A DNA stretch of 64,000 nucleotides from Nageia nagi (taxonomy: Eukaryota > Plantae > Pinophyta): NCBI GenBank assembly GCA_050084985.1, contig JBITNC010000001.1, positions 62,744,001-62,808,000 of the forward strand, in the 5' to 3' direction. A model generated the notes under the pieces. It had not been told where the DNA came from and searched no databases. It was given only the letters and a program-made list of their open reading frames with translations. The position numbers were made by a program, and so were the translations under genes. Below, in pieces: positions 40,901 to 53,992 of this stretch (position 1 is its first letter; each line of letters starts with the position of its first letter).

Positions 40901-43900
40901 GGTTTATTAACAATCAATTGATAACATAAGTTGCTTTTGCTTTGATTTTGATCCTTGATTCCATGTATTATAATCTCTTTAAGATATTCTCATGAATTTT
41001 TAGAGGCTATTAAGTTCTCATTCTTTGCACTTGATATGTTACATGTTGATAGGCTTGTTGACACTTTATCCCAAAGGTTGATTCCATATGTTGGATTGTG
41101 AATAAGTTGACTTTTAGGTTGAGCCATTTGATTAATGTATCCTTAACTTTGGTATGATGATTGATGCACATGATGAAAGTGAGAAGAAGATGGAGGAAGA
41201 ATCACACTTTAATAAGGTTGATTAATGATGCTTTGAGAGGCCACTTGTTGAAAGTTACCTTTTATGTGATTCTGATTAGGATCATGTTGCTATGGTTGAT
41301 AGTAAGAAATAATTTTTCCAACATTGGAAAAATTATGTCAATTAATTTTTTATTTTGATATGCAACTCTAAGGGTATGGAAATTATGATGTAGCCCTATC
41401 TACCATCTTATGATGCATCCAAAATGGTTGGTCCTCTCCACAGAAGGAGAGAGAAGAACCAATGTTGCAACACAAATTCTAGGGGAGAATTTATCTATTT
41501 CCAAATAATAAAGGGTATGTGCTATACCTACAATAATATAAATATTAATGGGGGCCTCAACACTCTAATCCTTAAGACCCTAGAGTGCATTTAAAGAGAG
41601 GTATTGAACCTTCTTGATGGAATGGAGGTCCTCTATCCCACAATCATATGGGAACTAGAAAGTAACAAAATACCTATAATATAAAGTGATATGGTCATTC
41701 TATGTTAAGATAATGACAAAGTGATAAAATAAGTTAAACTACCATGAATCTCATTTAGAAATAGGCTACATGCTAATACAAATGCATTACAATGCAATAA
41801 ATAAAGGATACAAGTGCTTCACTCCTCCAATATAGCTCCCAATGCTCTCCAACACTTGCAAGGATAATCAAAACATTTCAAAAGGAGTTCTAGGGGATTC
41901 CATTACTTAGGGTCTTGCTCAATGGTTTGGCTAGAGGTGATGGAAAGGATGGTAATGATTAGGGTGAAATTTTAAACTGAAATTTGTACTTATAGATAAG
42001 AAAAAAAATTGATCACATGGTTAACTTATCTAATTTTTTGGTTAGAGGCTAATTGGTTGATTGACTAGTGCAACCAGCATATCGATTCTATGCTTAATGT
42101 ATAAGGTCAAAAATTACTATGATGGTAAAGTAAATGAACCAACATGAAAATGATTAGGGGAAAAATACAATTTTGATATTCTTAAAGCAAGTACCTCTCT
42201 TTTATTGAATAAGATCATCACATGATCATTGAAAGGTATATGTTAGTTATTTTCTATTTGCTCATAAAAGAAATGTTTATGTAAGTTTTCTTAACATGCT
42301 TGCTCCAATCATCTATACCTTTAAAGCACATCTTTTTCATCCATTTATTTTTATATATAATCTTGTGTTTTATTCCCCTTATCCAATTCCAAAATTCCTC
42401 CTTAATAGTTGAATTTATCCTTGAGGGCTTGAGATTATATATTGCAACATTATAAAAGATTATACTCCTTGACTTTTTATAATATAAATGATTGATAACT
42501 AATATCATATTACAACATTGAAGTACTCTACTAGATTACATATCACTACAAATGACCATCCAATAGGTTATAAGGTGACCAACCCAATTTTGAGGTTTCT
42601 TCTAATATTTCGTTTGGACGATGTTTGTTTATATAAGTCACCTTCTTCATTTTTTGTTCAACCTATCACATTGAATAATTAGATCTAATAATTTATAATA
42701 GGTTTTGATTATTAATCATATTATTCTTTTGTCTCATATTTAATGCTAGGCCTCATAACTTAGCATCATTCAATGTCAATAATAACATGTCCATTAGTGA
42801 TTGATAAATCCAACTATCTTTAATATTTATTAAGATCAATAACACTACCTTCATATTAATTCATGACTATATTAATAACAAATATATAAATTAATTATGA
42901 ACACTTTCATTAAATATCTTATAGAAATGTCTCACCTCTAATGTATAACAAATATCTTAAATTAATAATGAACACTTTCATTAAATAAAAAGATTATCAC
43001 CTAGCACTTCCTTATAATTTATCAAAAACATGACTCCACATATTTCACTCATCCTTTCTTCTAAAAGCAATAGAATAGCATTTATTGTAGTACATGTTTT
43101 TCTCCTTTCTATGAGAATCATACAAATGGGTGCAATTCTTTTAATTGGTATATTTAAGATATATATTTTACAATTTATTTAAGTTACCTTTTATCTTAAA
43201 TGTTCCTCAGAATTATTCAAAATATCCTTTGTATTTCTTTAATTATTATGTCTACTAACTTTGATAAGAACACATCATCCACAAATAATATAGACCTATT
43301 GTATTCAAGCTCCTACATTATTTTACCCCATGGATTAAATTTTTAATTATATCTTTTACTAGGTCAATATCTAGAACTTCAACATTTATGGTGAAAAGCT
43401 AATAAAGGTAAAGGTAAATATGATTAACATCCATTGGAGACCAAACTAATATATGGTATGGACAACTTGCAATAGACTATTACATATAACATGTATGTAC
43501 CCTATATAGAAGAAATAGAAGATTGACTATCTTTATGTTAATACCCTATATACTTTATAAAATTTGGTACTAAACTCATTGACTAAAACTTGCTAAGACA
43601 TAGATGCAATATACATTTACACATTTTTTAAACTAATTACCGTAAATATGAACTTTCAATTTATGTTTACCATTATTTTCTATTTTATTAGATCATTTCT
43701 TTTAATATTAATATCATTTTATTTTTCTTTCTGATAAAAAATGAATTATAAACTTATTTATGATAATCACAACATCAAATATCGAACTTATTTTGATAAA
43801 ACCTCTAGTATTTTTAAAATAATTTGAATAAGTATAATTAATTAGCTATAGTTCTCAAATTTGAAGTTAGAAAATAATAAGTAAACTATACAAGGTAATT

Positions 43901-44015
43901 CTTTTATTCATTTGTAAAGAACACTCTTATGTTGATTACGAACATATAGCCTTTCTATGATTAAGACTTGTGACCTTATCTTCATTTATGATTATTGACA
44001 TAAATTACTTCTATG

Positions 44016-47000
44016 TGTTAGAAACGGTGACAACAACTCATCCGTGAATAGGATTTTAGATCCTATAAACTAGGATTGGTTGTAACTATTGAAATGGTGA
44101 CAACAACTCATTTGTGAATAGGATTTTAGATCCTATAAACCAAGATTGGTTGTAACCAATGCAACCAAGTTAGAATATAGGTGAGATCACAATTAATGAT
44201 CAGTTTCTAATATATTGCTATAAATTTGTATGCCCATTGAGGCTGTGAGTGGGTCAGAGAGGAGTGAGTCCTGACTGTAATCTCCATTAGCTGAATAATA
44301 AGATAACTGATACCTATGCTTGGTGGATGTAGCCCAACATTTGGGTGAACCACGTAAATTACTATGTTTTTTGTTTGCATTGGTATTGATTATTTTATGG
44401 TAATTTATGTTTCCACATTTGCAAATTACAACAAGTGGTATCAGAGCTGAGGAAGAGCTAAGGAGGATGTAGACTAGAAGAAGCTACTCATTAAAGAGGT
44501 TGTGTTGCTGAAATCACTGCTAAATTTTATGTTTTTGGCATCAGCACTTAGATATCCTTGAGAGGGAGCACCAGCGCTAGAGACTAAGTTGAAGGCCACA
44601 TTGATAAATGAAATTAGATATCTTTTGAGAGGGAGCATTGAGAGGGAGCCAGCACTCACCTCAGTGACTAAAGAGAGCACCAACCCACTAGTGCCCTTAC
44701 ACTCCATTCCTTGATTTTGTGCAACACACACCGTATCTTATACAAGGAGTGCTAAAAAATTCATGCGCTAAAAAAAAATTCATGAGATGCAGAGTGCTAA
44801 GTTTGAAATTGAAAAGTTTAATGGAAAGAATAATTTTGAGATCTGGAAGGTTAAGATGCATGATCTGCTCATGCAACAAGGCATGGTGAAGGTGCTTTTG
44901 GGAAAAGGAAAGTAACCCGCATCCACAACAGATGAAGACTGGGATGAGATAGATGCGAGAGCACTGAGTGCCATATGCCTGTATTTGGCCAATGATGTAC
45001 TATTCAACATTGTTACAGAGAAGATAGCAACCAGTTTGTGGTCAAAGTGGAAAGCTTATACATAATGAAATCCTTGATAAATAGGATCTTTCTGAAAAGA
45101 CAACTGTATAGTTTGCACATGAAGGAAGGTACAAAAATTGTTGATCATCTAAATACTTTCAATACTCTTCTAGTCTAGTTGAATAGCATGGGTATGAAAT
45201 TTGAATCTAAAGATAAGGTAATTACTTTATTATGTTCTTTGCCTACAGCATGGGATCATTTCATTACCTCTATTAGTTTTAGTTCAATAGAAACTATTGA
45301 GTTTGATGATACTATTGGAGCTTTACTATCTAAGGAAACAAGGAAGAAATCAAATCTAGAAACCTCTACATCTGAGGCATTGGTGGTCAGAGTTAGACCA
45401 AAAGAAAGAGGATAGGGTTAGAGGGATTTCTCTCAATCAAAATCAAAAGCCATAAAGTGTAAGCCAAAGTGCTGGTTTTGTGGAAAATCTAAACACCTAA
45501 AGAAGGACTATTGGAAGCGACACCAAACCTCCAATGAAGACCCTCAAAAGGAGACGAAGGAAGCAAATGCAACCAAAATAAGTTCAGTAATAGGTTCAAG
45601 TATAGTTGATGAAGTTTTAACAATTAATACTGGTTCACATCATGATCAACATTGGCTATTAGATTCTGGTGCTTCAAACCACATGTGTCTTCATAGACAT
45701 TAGTTTATTACTTACCAATCTATAGATGATGGAGTTGTTTACATGGGTAATAATATTTCATCTAAAGTTATGGTGATTGGTAGCATCTGAATTAAAATGT
45801 TTGATGGAACTGTTAAAACACTAACTAATGTAAGACATGTACTTGATCTTAGTAAGAACCTAATCTCTTTGGGAGTCCTAGACAGAGGAGGCTATAAGAC
45901 CATTGTTCAAGGTGGAGTTATGAAAGTCTACAAAGGAATTATACAGGTTATGAAAGCAAAGAATGTTGGTAATCTTTTTTTATTAGAAGGGAGGACTGAA
46001 TCAGATCATGCGATAATGGTATCTAAGAGTGATAGTGATTCTGTTCAACTATGGCATCAATGGTTGGGTCATATGATCGAACAAGGATTAAAGGTATTAA
46101 CTGATCGCAAGTTACTTCCTAGCCTAAAGTCTTTAAAATTAGATTTCTTTAAGCACTGTGTTTATGGAAAACAAAATAGGCAGAGATTTAAAACCGAAAG
46201 ACACACCAGTGAAGGAATCCTAGACTATATTCATTCTAATGTTTGGGGACCATCTCCTACTATTTCATATGGAGGATCATCATATTTTGTAACTTTTATA
46301 GATGATTTCTCTAGGAAGGTGTGGATCTATATGTTAAAGAGTAAGGCTGATCTATTTACAATTTTTAAGTAGTTTAGAACTTTAGTGGAATAGAGCACTA
46401 CTAGATCTATTAAATGTTTAAGAATAGATAATGGTGGTGAATTTATGTCAATGGAGTTTGAGAGTTATTGCAAGGAATTTGGGATTGATAGGCATAAGAC
46501 TACTGCCTATACTCCTCAGCAAAATGGAGTTGTTGAACGCATGAACAGGACTCTTCTAGAGAGAGTAAGGAGTATGCTTAGTAATGCCAATCTGTAGCAG
46601 GAACTATGGGTAGAAGTAGTAACTACAGTTTGTTATCTGGTGAATCGATCACCATCAATAGCAATAGAATGCAAAATTCTTGAGGAGGTATGGATAGGTC
46701 ACCCTTGTAATTATTCTAATGTTAAAGTTTTTGGTTGTGATGCTTATGCTTTAATTCTGAAACATCAACGTTCTAAATTAGATCCAAATAAAAAAGGCTT
46801 ATCTTTGTTGGATATGGTGATGGTATTAAGGGGTACAAGTTATGGGATCCTACTGCCCACAAGATCACCATTAATAGAGATGTAATATTTGATGAATCAT
46901 CTCTCATCAAATCAAATGAAGATGTTCAAATGAAATAGCAAGAAGTACCTAAGTATCAAAGGATTCAGTTTGAAACTAGTTCAACTACAAATGAAAATGA

Positions 47001-49142
47001 ACATGAACAAGTTCTTGAAGATGTTCATGAAGAAGTTCCTACAAAAGAAAATGTGGATGATGATGACATTCAATAGATTGTGGATGAACCACAAACTACC
47101 CTAAGGAGGTCTACACGGTTCAGAGTTCCTCTAAGAAGGTATGATGATTTTATTTCATCAGTTTCTTTAAGTACTAATGATGATGAACCTTCATGCTATT
47201 AGGAAGCTATGAAGGGTTCAAATAATGATAAATGGAAAGAAGCGATCAAGGATGAAATGAAAGCATTAGAGAGGAATGCTACATGGGACCTGGTAGAGAT
47301 TCCAAGAGATAGGAAAACTATAGGTTCCAAGTGGGTCTACAAGCTGAAGAAAGGTGTTGATGATAAGGTGGAAAGGTACAAAGCAAGGTTGGTTGCGAAA
47401 GGGTATTCTTAGAAAGAAGGTATTGACTTTCATGAGATTTTTTCACTAGTTGTAAAGATTGTTTCAATTCAAATTATGTTAGCATTAGTTGCATTGCTTG
47501 ATTTGGAGTTGGAGCAACTAGATGTTAAAACTGCTTTCTTACATGGAGATTTGGATGAGGAAATTTACATGGAACAATCGAAAGGGTTCATTCAAAATCA
47601 CAACAAGATATTTGTTTATAGGCTTAATAAATCATTGTATGGTCTGAGGTAGTCGCCCAGACAATGGTACAAGAAATTTGACTCTTTCATGGTGAGCCAA
47701 AATTATACAAGGAGTGGGTATGATCATTGTGTCTATTTTAAGAAATTGAATAATGGCATATTCATTATCTTAGTATTGTATGTTGATGATATGCTTTTAG
47801 CAAGCAAAAGCATAACTGAGATCAATAGGTTAAAGGCTTAGATGGCTAGGATGTTCAACATGAAAGATCTAGGAGCAGCAAGATAGATTTTGGGCATGGA
47901 GATATTCAGAGATAGGAGGAATGGTAAGCTTTGGTTGTCACAACAAAAGTATGTTGAGAAGATACTTTTGAGGTTTGGTATGAATGATGTGAAACCAATT
48001 TCAGTCCCTTTGGCTTCCCATTTTAATCTTTCTTCAATTCTATGTCCTAGGACAAAAGAAGAAAAGGAATATATGTCTCGAATACCATATGCTAATGCAG
48101 TAGGAAGTCTAATGTATGCGATGGTTAGTACAAGGCCAGACATTTCACATGTAGTTGGGGTTGTCAGTAGGTTTATGGAAAATCTAGGTAAAGAGCATTG
48201 GGCAGCATGCGAAATGGGTGCTTCGATATTCTGAGGGGCACAAGTGATTACTATATCACCTATAACAATGGTCTGAGTTAGTCTGTGGATATGTTGATTC
48301 TAATTTTATAGGTGATCTGGACAAGAGAAGGTCAACTTCAAGGTATGTATTTACTCTTGCAGGTGGAGCTATTAGTTGGATGTCAAAGCTATAGAACATT
48401 GTTGCTTTATCCACTATAGAAGCAAAATATGTAGCTACTTCACATGCTTGCAAAGAAGCAATTTGGTTGAAAGGTTTGTTTCGTGAGTTTGGAAGGATAC
48501 TAGACAAAGCAAAGTTACTTTGTGATAGTCAAAGTGCTATTCACTTGGCTAAGAATCTAGCCTATCATAGTAAAACAAAACATATACCTATCAAGTACCA
48601 TTTTGTAAGACAGGTCATCAATGAAAGTGGAGTCTCTCTTGAAAAAGTGCATACAAAAGAGAACTATGCAGGCATGTTCACAAAACTAGTACTGATAGAG
48701 AAGCTACAACGGTGCGTGGCTTCCCTTGGCTTGCAAAAAAAGTGATTAATAGAAGCAGGAGAAAGGTATCAGGTTAATTGTTATCAAGGTGGAGATTGTT
48801 AGAAATAGTGATAACAACTCATCTATGAATAGGATTTTAGATCCTATAAACTAGGATTGGTTGTAACCAATGTAAGCAAGTTAGAATATGGGTGAGATCA
48901 CAATTAATGATCAGTTTCTAATATATTGCTATAAATTTGTATGCCCATTGAGGCTATGAGTGGGTTAGAGAGGAGTGAGTCCTGACTATAATCTCCATTA
49001 GCTAAATAATAAGATAACCAATACCTATGCTTGGTGGACGTAGCCCAAATTTGGGTGAACCACGTAAATTGCTATGTTTTTTGTTTGCATTGATATTGAT
49101 TGTTTTATGGTAATTTATGTCTCCGCACTTGAAATTACAATA
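44016..49142 (+). mobile_element. Full-length decayed Ty1/copia (Tnt1/Tork-like) retrotransposon with 5-bp TSD CTATG
   Basis: TSD at 44011-44015 and 49143-49147; the empty site ACTTCTATGGAC is seen in other units. 5' LTR 44016-44433, PBS TGGTATCAGAGC 44436-44447, PPT AAGGTGGAGAT, 3' LTR 48797-49142. Confidence 0.97.
44787..48745 (+). pseudogene. Copia gag-pol (gag, protease, integrase, RT, RNase H) with many stops and frameshifts
   Basis: MQSAKFEIEKFNGKNNFEIW; WLLDSGASNHMC; LWHQWLGHM; YFVTFIDDFSRKVW; YKARLVAKGYS; LYVDDML; CDSQSAIHLAKN. Confidence 0.95.
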
Positions 49143-50450
49143 CTATGGACCAAATCATGTATATTAAGTAGCATTTCCAAGCAGCTACAAAAACTAAAAT
49201 GGTCCATGGTAGACATCAAATAAGATATTCAGTAAATATGAAAGAGGAAAGAGAGAAAGAACAAAAGAATATCTCCATGAGAAGGTATTAGTGAATGCTT
49301 ACAAGGTAAATGATGGTCAGATGATGTGGCTTTCTTTTGCTCTACCTCTTCCTTTCCTGGCCATAACTAATTTTCTCAATTTCTACTTTCTGTGATATAG
49401 ATTTCATTTTAAGGAGTTGAAATGGGGGAAAGAGTTGAAAGCACATAGGGATTGAGTGCAAAACCACACAAAATGGAACTAAAATGCTAATATCAATTTT
49501 ATAGGACTGATCTCAGATTGGTTTATTTCCTTTCAACTGTGAATCAACAGGTTTCAATTATCATCACGAGTGGTTCCTATTTTGAATACTTTAATAATTA
49601 ATAGTAACTTCCCAATTTTATCTTTCTTATTAATGAGGGGTTAATTTAATAATTATTCTTTTAGGTCTATTGGATTAAGTGGCTTTTGCAAGCCCTTGAA
49701 GGTTTCAAATTTGACCCTAGATTCCAAGTAACTTACGAGTTTAAGTTAAATGATATAAGGTTTGTTGGGCAAATTATTAAACTTTTACAAGGCAACTTAC
49801 ATTACATTTAGTGCAGATGAAAAAACAAAAGTGTAATTTGTAGTACCTTCAGTCTTGTTTACTTGTTTGCTTGTTCCATGCTTAAGTTCACGGGACAGGT
49901 TAATGATCTAGATGAATACATCTTAGCCATAGTATTCAGCTATTTTCTTATTTTTGAATCACTCAATATTAAAGTGTGAGCAAAAATGGTTAAATTTGAG
50001 ACCCAAACATCATTTAGTATTCATAGTTCGGCTCACATTTATTACAATTATTCAACATCAATTATCATATTATGTAGCTTAACCCTAATAATGACAGGCG
50101 AAACTAAAAATCTAAAAAGAACATTGCATGTCAAGTTTCTTTATTACAGCACCATCAAATATGAGCCAAAGCAGATCACTTATGTCAGTGTATATCACAA
50201 ATTCCAACCAAATAAAAAGAGAATTCAAAAAAGGACCAACCTGTCTATTTTTATTATGCTTAGGACTTACATTAGGAACGATGATTAGGTCTATGGACCA
50301 AGTGATATATATTATGGAGTATTTCCAATCAGAATAAAAAGAAATTCCAAAAAAGGAGCAACTTCTCTATTTTTATTATGCTTAGCACTTACATTAGATA
50401 GATAGAAAGCAGACATGGTAGGGAAGAGCATATTGGTGTCAGATCAAGTT

Positions 50451-50663
50451 TTAGGGATGATTATCAACAATGAGGGGTCTCGAAGGTGGATCACCATGGC
50501 AGGGAAGATCGGGAGGAACACGAATATGGCCATTATGGCTTATAGATAGAATTTTCCTCCCTTTGCTTCAACCATCACTCATTCCACTTACGTTTCCATT
50601 CCCATTGTTGAGAAGTGCCAAAACAACCACCATTATCATCAGTTTTAGCTTAAAATTATCCAT
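50451..50663 (-). pseudogene. Peptide gene copy 4, disrupted
   Basis: 2-nt and 1-nt deletions near 50563-50573 put TGA at codon 32. The downstream frame reads GRKILSISHNGHIRVPPDLPCHGDPPSRPLIVDNHP (first Cys to Ser, G>D, P>S, V>I). Confidence 0.85.
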
Positions 50664-51917
50664 TCTCTTATGGACCAAACTCAACTTACTTCATTTTTTA
50701 ACAAGAAACTCAAACACTGCTGTAAGGTAGTTTGTTAGTAATTGGAAAGTGATATGAGGTCTCATTTTATACTGATACCGCATAGGAATGGTTACGTTGT
50801 TAGGAAGGAATAGTAGGGAAAGTGGACAACTCAACTCCATACGACTCGTAATATCATTTTTTTCAGGGCAACTTATACGATAACCGTGGAAGAGATGACC
50901 AGGTCCTGTGGATGCCCTTCACTCCTTTTGAATCACATCCTCAGACACATTTTGGTTTGTTAGATGTTCCCTGTAATGATGGATTCTACCCAAAAAATGA
51001 TAGATTTGAATAGAACACAAAGGAAGCACAACTAGTAAGCATCCCACGCATGCAACTTCAATACACTTATTTTGTCACTCCTTTTGAATCACCTCATCAT
51101 ACTTGTCCTCGTTCAAGTTGGAAGCACTTTTGGGTCCAATTCTTAATACTATTGATCACCCATTTATATCAAACCTTTTCAAAAACTTAAATATAATATA
51201 ATTAAATAAAAATTTATAACCATAAAGCAAAAAAATTTGAAAATTAAAAATTATGTATAAGAAAAGAAGACCTTAGTTTATATCAAAAAGATCTCCTACT
51301 TCATATTATTTTGGATTTTAGTTGTGAAAACATATCTACAATAAGAATGATATCATTGTTATCCTTTTATCTTAATGCTTCTAATATCATTCTTATATTG
51401 GAGCTTTGGATAAACTATGATGAGGTATAGGTTCACAGGAAGGCAGTACCTCATAAAGTCAACAATGTAAGTAATGCTAATTTACTACATGTCAGTATTC
51501 ATTCTACCTAAAGTTATGGTAATATAAAGCTTATAAAAATAAGAGGTCAAACTTACATGGATTCTCAATGATATGACTAGAAAAAAGTGTTTCAAAAAAA
51601 TGAAGTGCAACATTGACTAAATTGGTGGACTACTTGCAGAGTTATACCCATATTTTAACTCGTGATGCTAGAGTATCTAACAATTTTGTTGATGCATCTT
51701 AAGTGATAAAGAGTTATTTGATGCCATGGTGAGCTAGTGAGAGGAGATCTAGTGATTGGACATCCAGTGAGTGGTGAGCCAATAAGTGGAGAGACAATGA
51801 GAGGATAACTAATGAGCAGGTAGCCAAGGAGTGGAGAGCTAACTAATTGAGAGCTAGTGAGTGAAGATCTAAGATGAAAAGGAATGACCATAAAGTAACG
51901 GTACAGCTAAAAGCTCT

Positions 51918-52415
51918 TGTTAAGATCCCATATCCTAATATTTACTTCAACTTATTTATATTTTAATTAATTTATTTATTTGCTTGTATCAACTTGTAAT
52001 GTGAACCATCATATTTTCTAAGATGAGTCACCATTTGGAATGTAAACTATCAATTAGGGTAGGATGACTATATAGACTTGTAAGACACATAAGGAGAGTA
52101 TCTTGGAAAATCAATTATCTTTTAGAGTTGTAAGGAGCAAGCTCCCTAGAAGTACCCTGCAATTCCTATGTTATAAGTAAAGTTTAATTTTTGCTATACT
52201 ATTTGGTTTTTAATTTGAATATATTATTCTAATTGAATTAATTGATGCATTGCTTGTATATGGTTATTTCATATTTCAATATTTCTTATGGTATTCATGG
52301 TACAACCCCTTTTTAGTTCTACTAGATTCTTAAAAGGTGGTATCAAAGCCTTGAATTTGGCTACCTATGGGCATTTTTGTGTGGTTGCATCAAGTGAAAA
52401 AATAAGAATTTATCT
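51918..52415 (+). mobile_element. Reina-like 5' LTR + PBS only; rest of the unit deleted
   Basis: LTR 51918-52335, PBS at 52338; at ~52416 the sequence jumps to the equivalent of position ~8582. Confidence 0.88.
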
Positions 52416-53992
52416 AGTAACCAAAAATTGATAGATTTGAATAGAACATAAAGGAAGCACAACTAGTAAGCATCCCGCGCATGCAACTTTAATACGCTTT
52501 TTTTTGTCACTCCTTTTGAATCACCTCGTCATACTTGTTCTCGTTCAAGTTGGATGGCTTTTGGGTCCAATTCTTAATACTATTGATCACCCATTTATAT
52601 CAAACCTCTTCAAAAACTTAAATATAATATAAATAAATGAAAATTTATAACCATAAAGAAAAAAATTTTGAAAATTAAAAATTATGTATAAGAAAAGAAG
52701 ACCTTAATTTATATCAAATATGATTTGCTACTTCATATTATTTTGGATTGTAGTTGTGAAAACTTATATACAATAAAATGATATCATTGTTATCCTTTTA
52801 TCTTAATGCTTCTAATATCATTCTTATATTGGAGCTTTGGATAAACTATGATGATGTATAGGTTCATAGGAAGTAGTACCTCATAAAGTCAACAATGTAA
52901 GTAATACTAATTTACTACATGTTAGTATTCATTCTACCTTAGTTATGGTAATATAAAGCTTATAAAAATAAGAGGTCAAACTTACTAAAAATGTAGCATT
53001 TTGAAACTATTTGAACACTAGAAAATCATAATAATATTTTTTAAAGTTATCTTAATAATTTTTTCAATGTTTTTTTATTTTTTGTATCTTTTTTAATACA
53101 AGTTAAACTCGTGTTTATGCATTATAATTCTTTTCATCAATGAGTAAAATAATTGAATGTGTTACCTTGAGTCCTAAGGCAAGAATAATCTAAGAAAGAA
53201 TCAATAATCAAAATTTATCATTTTATGTACATATAATTAAATTTTATATACCCTTGTTATAATCCTAGTATATTGTACTAATTAATTATATTTTACATAA
53301 TCAATATAGCTCAATGTAACTTGTTGAACTCATCATATTTTATTACCAAATCCATTATATGTTATGTTATTATTACTAAATAAGAACAGAAAGGGGGAAG
53401 CAATTTTAAAATAAGTAGAATGGATGTTCAAACACCATGTATAGATAGTTTAATATAATCTTCCAAAAGGATTACCTCATATGAGAAAGATTTTACATAA
53501 AATTGATTTAATCATTGGAGAAAACCTACTAAACAAATCACCCTATAACATGCACCTAAATATTACTATTTGTATTCGTAGTGAAGAGAAATATGAATAG
53601 AAAATGGTATTTTAAAAAGAATGGGTTACATGGATTCTCAATGATATGACTAGAAAAAAGTGTTTCAAAAAAAATGAAGTGCAACATTGACTAAATTGGT
53701 GGACTACTTGCAGATTTATACCCATATTTTAACTCGTGATGCTAGAGTATCTAACAATTTTGTTGATGCATCTTAAGTGACAAAGAGTTATTTGATGCCA
53801 TGGTGAGCTAGTGAGAGGAGATCTAGTGATTGGACATCTAGTGAGTGGTGAGCCAATAAGTGGAGATACAATGAGAGGATAAACTAATGAACAGGTAGCC
53901 AAGGAGTGGAGAGCTAACTAGTTGAGAGCTAGTGAGTGAAGAGCCAAGATGAAATGGAATGACCATAAAGCAACGGTACAGCTAAAAGCTCT

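Larger units (their letters stand above)
36830..42070 (-). mobile_element. Old non-chromovirus gypsy-type (Tat/Athila-like) LTR element, gag-only, boundaries approximate
   Basis: Diverged direct repeats at ~36830-37480 and ~41408-42070. TGGTAG PBS-like motif on the minus strand just inside the right repeat (~41405). Gag remnant on the minus strand and tandem arrays before the left LTR. Confidence 0.65.
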
